A stretch of DNA of 24,000 nucleotides from Pseudogulbenkiania ferrooxidans 2002 (GTDB lineage: Bacteria > Pseudomonadota > Gammaproteobacteria > Burkholderiales > Chromobacteriaceae). Shown one piece after another: positions 22,891-24,000 of this stretch (the first letter of the stretch is position 1; each line of letters opens with the position of its first letter). The stretch spans positions 172,568-196,567 of the forward strand of contig NZ_ACIS01000006.1 of NCBI RefSeq assembly GCF_000174355.1, in the 5' to 3' direction. The notes beneath the pieces are model-generated. The model worked only from the letters and a program-made list of their open reading frames with translations, was not told the DNA's origin and did not search any database. Position numbers and translations under genes: made by a program.

Positions 22891-23253
22891 TCAATGCAGA
22901 GTCTGAGGGGAGGAGGTGGCCGCCTTACTCCATTCCGCTAGATCGCTCTCTGCCCTCGCATGCTCCTCTGCCATCTCCGACAGGGACAACGGTTTATCAA
23001 CTTCGAAGGTCTCAATGCGGTGAATGTTGGGGCATTTGTCGACCAGCCCTTGGAACATCGTATCGAGCTGCTTGACGGTGAAGGCCAGACGAATCTTGCG
23101 TGAGAAGAACAGACGGACCAATGTGTAGTCGTTGCTGTTACAGCTGCTTTGTATGCTCTGCACCTCTTGGCGAAGCCAGCCCCGGAATTTAAGAGGCGTA
23201 ATATGGTCGGGGAGGTTGAGGATGGAGATGCGGAGCTTGCCTGAAGTGCTCAT
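22891..23253 (-). CDS. Hypothetical cytoplasmic protein, 120 aa
   Basis: ATG at 23253; an alternative GTG lies at 23265. No signal peptide. The residue pattern suggests a beta-alpha-beta-beta-alpha-beta fold followed by an acidic helical tail. Family not recognised. Confidence 0.6.
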   Translation of the reverse strand: MSTSGKLRISILNLPDHITPLKFRGWLRQEVQSIQSSCNSNDYTLVRLFFSRKIRLAFTVKQLDTMFQGLVDKCPNIHRIETFEVDKPLSLSEMAEEHARAESDLAEWSKAATSSPQTLH

Positions 23254-23286
23254 GGTAATGCCCACGGAAATGACTTTTGCATTTTC

Positions 23287-23300
23287 CAGAAAAGCGAAGT
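23287..23300. repeat. Copy 3 of conserved intergenic motif CAGAAAAGCGAAGT
   Basis: Exact 14-mer shared with 787-800. It lies between the mazEF terminator and the first gene of the three-gene cassette. Confidence 0.6.
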
Positions 23301-23310
23301 CACAGGCAAG

Positions 23311-23334
23311 AAAAACCCCGCGCTAAGCGGGGTT
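23311..23334 (-). terminator. Rho-independent terminator after the toxin gene
   Basis: The minus strand reads AACCCCGC-TTAGC-GCGGGGTT followed by TTTCTT. It starts 5 nt after the stop at 23339. Confidence 0.8.
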
Positions 23335-23338
23335 GGTA

Positions 23339-23677
23339 TCACTCTGGAAGGATGGATCTGAACTTATCCAGCACCTCGTTAAGAACATAGTCGGGGACTG
23401 ATTCTTTCTTTTTTGCTCCTCTTGCCCGCCAGTCGAGAGTTTTGCTCTGGTGCGAGAGGATGATGCCTTGAGTTTCCGTGCCACATCCCATTAGGGAAAC
23501 GGCGAAGCCCGCCGTTCTGGCATTGTCCTGGCTACCTTGCGTTATGGGGCAGACCAAGGCCATACCTGACTGATTGAAGTCATGCAATGAGATCACCAGT
23601 CCAAAGTGGGGACCTTTCATCTCGCGGCCGGCAGCAGGATCAAAATTCAGGTGGATAATGTCACCAGGGTTAAACAA
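23339..23677 (-). CDS. mazF: MazF/PemK/ChpB-family endoribonuclease toxin, 112 aa
   Basis: GDIIHLNFDPAAGREMKGPHFGLVIS, LVCPITQG and LDWRARGAKKKESVP align by eye with E. coli MazF/ChpBK. TTG start with AAGGAG 6 nt upstream. Confidence 0.85.
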   Translation of the reverse strand: MFNPGDIIHLNFDPAAGREMKGPHFGLVISLHDFNQSGMALVCPITQGSQDNARTAGFAVSLMGCGTETQGIILSHQSKTLDWRARGAKKKESVPDYVLNEVLDKFRSILPE

Positions 23678-23687
23678 GTAAGTCTCC

Positions 23688-23933
23688 TTACCAAATTTCT
23701 TGGCCCTCCGGCGGCAGGTCGTCCCAGACTGGCATCAGGTATTCAGGAGGAGTCTGAGCAAGCAACTCTTCCACGTTGTAGCGCCTTCTTCTGAGAGCTG
23801 AAACAACCATGCTCGGGCCTTCGATATTCACATCCACCATGTCACCGGCAGACAGGTGGTTTTGCTCGGCAAACGCCGAAGGGATCGTCATGATGAGCGA
23901 CCCGCCCGAGCGGCGAAGCGTTGCAGTAGTCAT
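23688..23933 (-). CDS. mazE: MazE/PemI-type antitoxin (AbrB/SpoVT fold), 81 aa
   Basis: RRSGGSLIMTIPSAFAEQNHLSAGDMVDV swapped-hairpin motif. Acidic, Trp-containing C-terminus. It lies 10 nt upstream of the toxin gene. Confidence 0.8.
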   Translation of the reverse strand: MTTATLRRSGGSLIMTIPSAFAEQNHLSAGDMVDVNIEGPSMVVSALRRRRYNVEELLAQTPPEYLMPVWDDLPPEGQEIW

Positions 23934-23970
23934 TTCTCTATCCTTACGCTCAATCAGAGTCGTTGTCAGT

Positions 23971-24000
23971 GTCGTAGTCGTAGGTCGTAGTCGTAGTCGT
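23971..24000. repeat. Tandem hexamer array (GTCGTA)2-G-(GTCGTA)2-GTCGT, truncated by the window edge
   Basis: Read directly from the sequence. It lies 38 nt upstream of the mazE ATG. It may be an operator array, or the 3' end of an upstream minus-strand ORF ending at the TGA at 23950-23952. Confidence 0.6.

Larger units (their letters stand above)
1..24000. mobile_element. Partial temperate-phage genome (prophage): early/replication operon, cro-cI switch, accessory genes, Mu/SfV-type tail-baseplate module
   Basis: Co-linear phage modules recognised from protein motifs (Cro/CI HTH pair, primase-helicase, tape measure, DNA-circulation protein, baseplate J, tail fibre). No att site, full-length integrase, head or lysis genes are in the window, so both ends lie outside it. 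Confidence 0.85.
22079..24000. other. AT-richer accessory (moron) island inserted in the tail operon
   Basis: Base composition drops visibly relative to the flanking tail genes. None of its gene content is structural. It has its own terminator and leader region. A GC hairpin GGGCGC-GAA-GCGCCC (22104-22118) lies at the junction with the chaperone gene. Confidence 0.7.

Noticed and set aside
23261-23270. Extra copy of the iteron word (CCCACGGAAA, identical to 123-132) just upstream of the 120-aa cassette gene
   Set aside because: A single 10-mer match is expected many times by chance in 24 kb, and an 8-nt core is expected about once. It is not evidence of co-regulation on its own.
23266-23310. 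Sigma54-type or strong sigma70 promoter in the cassette leader
   Set aside because: The GG/GC spacing does not fit a -24/-12 promoter. The best sigma70 reading (TTGCCT-N17-GAAAAT) is weak, so no promoter feature is called.

Overview
This is a GC-rich segment (strong GC3 codon bias) of a temperate phage or prophage, transcribed almost entirely on the minus strand. All functional calls rest on motif recognition by eye; no database search or structure prediction was possible.

Layout, left to right:
1. 1-415: AT-richer non-coding region with an iteron-like CCGTGGA(A/T)(A/T) array and a polypyrimidine/polypurine tract. It is a putative origin or cis-replication region.
2. 461-10561: a tightly coupled early operon of about 10 kb and about 23 genes, most joined by ATGA/GTGA stop-start overlaps. 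It runs from a Cro-like HTH gene through a CII-like gene, a catalytic-domain-only tyrosine recombinase, a mini P-loop protein, several small zinc-ribbon proteins, an XRE HTH protein and an HD phosphohydrolase. It ends with a 931-aa Toprim primase/P-loop helicase, two small genes and an intrinsic terminator.
3. 10562-10669: divergent cro/cI switch with a near-consensus sigma70 promoter and TATAAGC-type operator palindromes.
4. 10670-11735: CI-like repressor co-transcribed with two unknown genes, one of them secreted.
5. 11905-12636: orphan LuxR-type AHL-receptor homologue.
6. 12718-22077: Mu/SfV-type tail-baseplate module. It holds DUF1353-like, fibre chaperone, fibre, gp48-, gp47-, gp46-, gp45-, gp44- and gp43-like genes, the tape measure, and a gp41-like chaperone with a -1 frameshift extension. 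The tape measure gene is split by a frameshift near 21036-21038.
7. 22079-24000: AT-richer accessory island upstream of the chaperone gene. It carries a MazE/MazF-type pair, an intrinsic terminator, and an autonomous three-gene cassette (120-aa cytoplasmic protein, cationic 4-Cys secreted peptide, lipoprotein).

No rRNA, tRNA, CRISPR array or transposase was seen.

Best candidates for undescribed biology:
- the three-gene envelope cassette and its island
- the phage-borne LuxR solo
- the two passenger genes of the cI operon
- the domain-minimal tyrosine recombinase in the early operon
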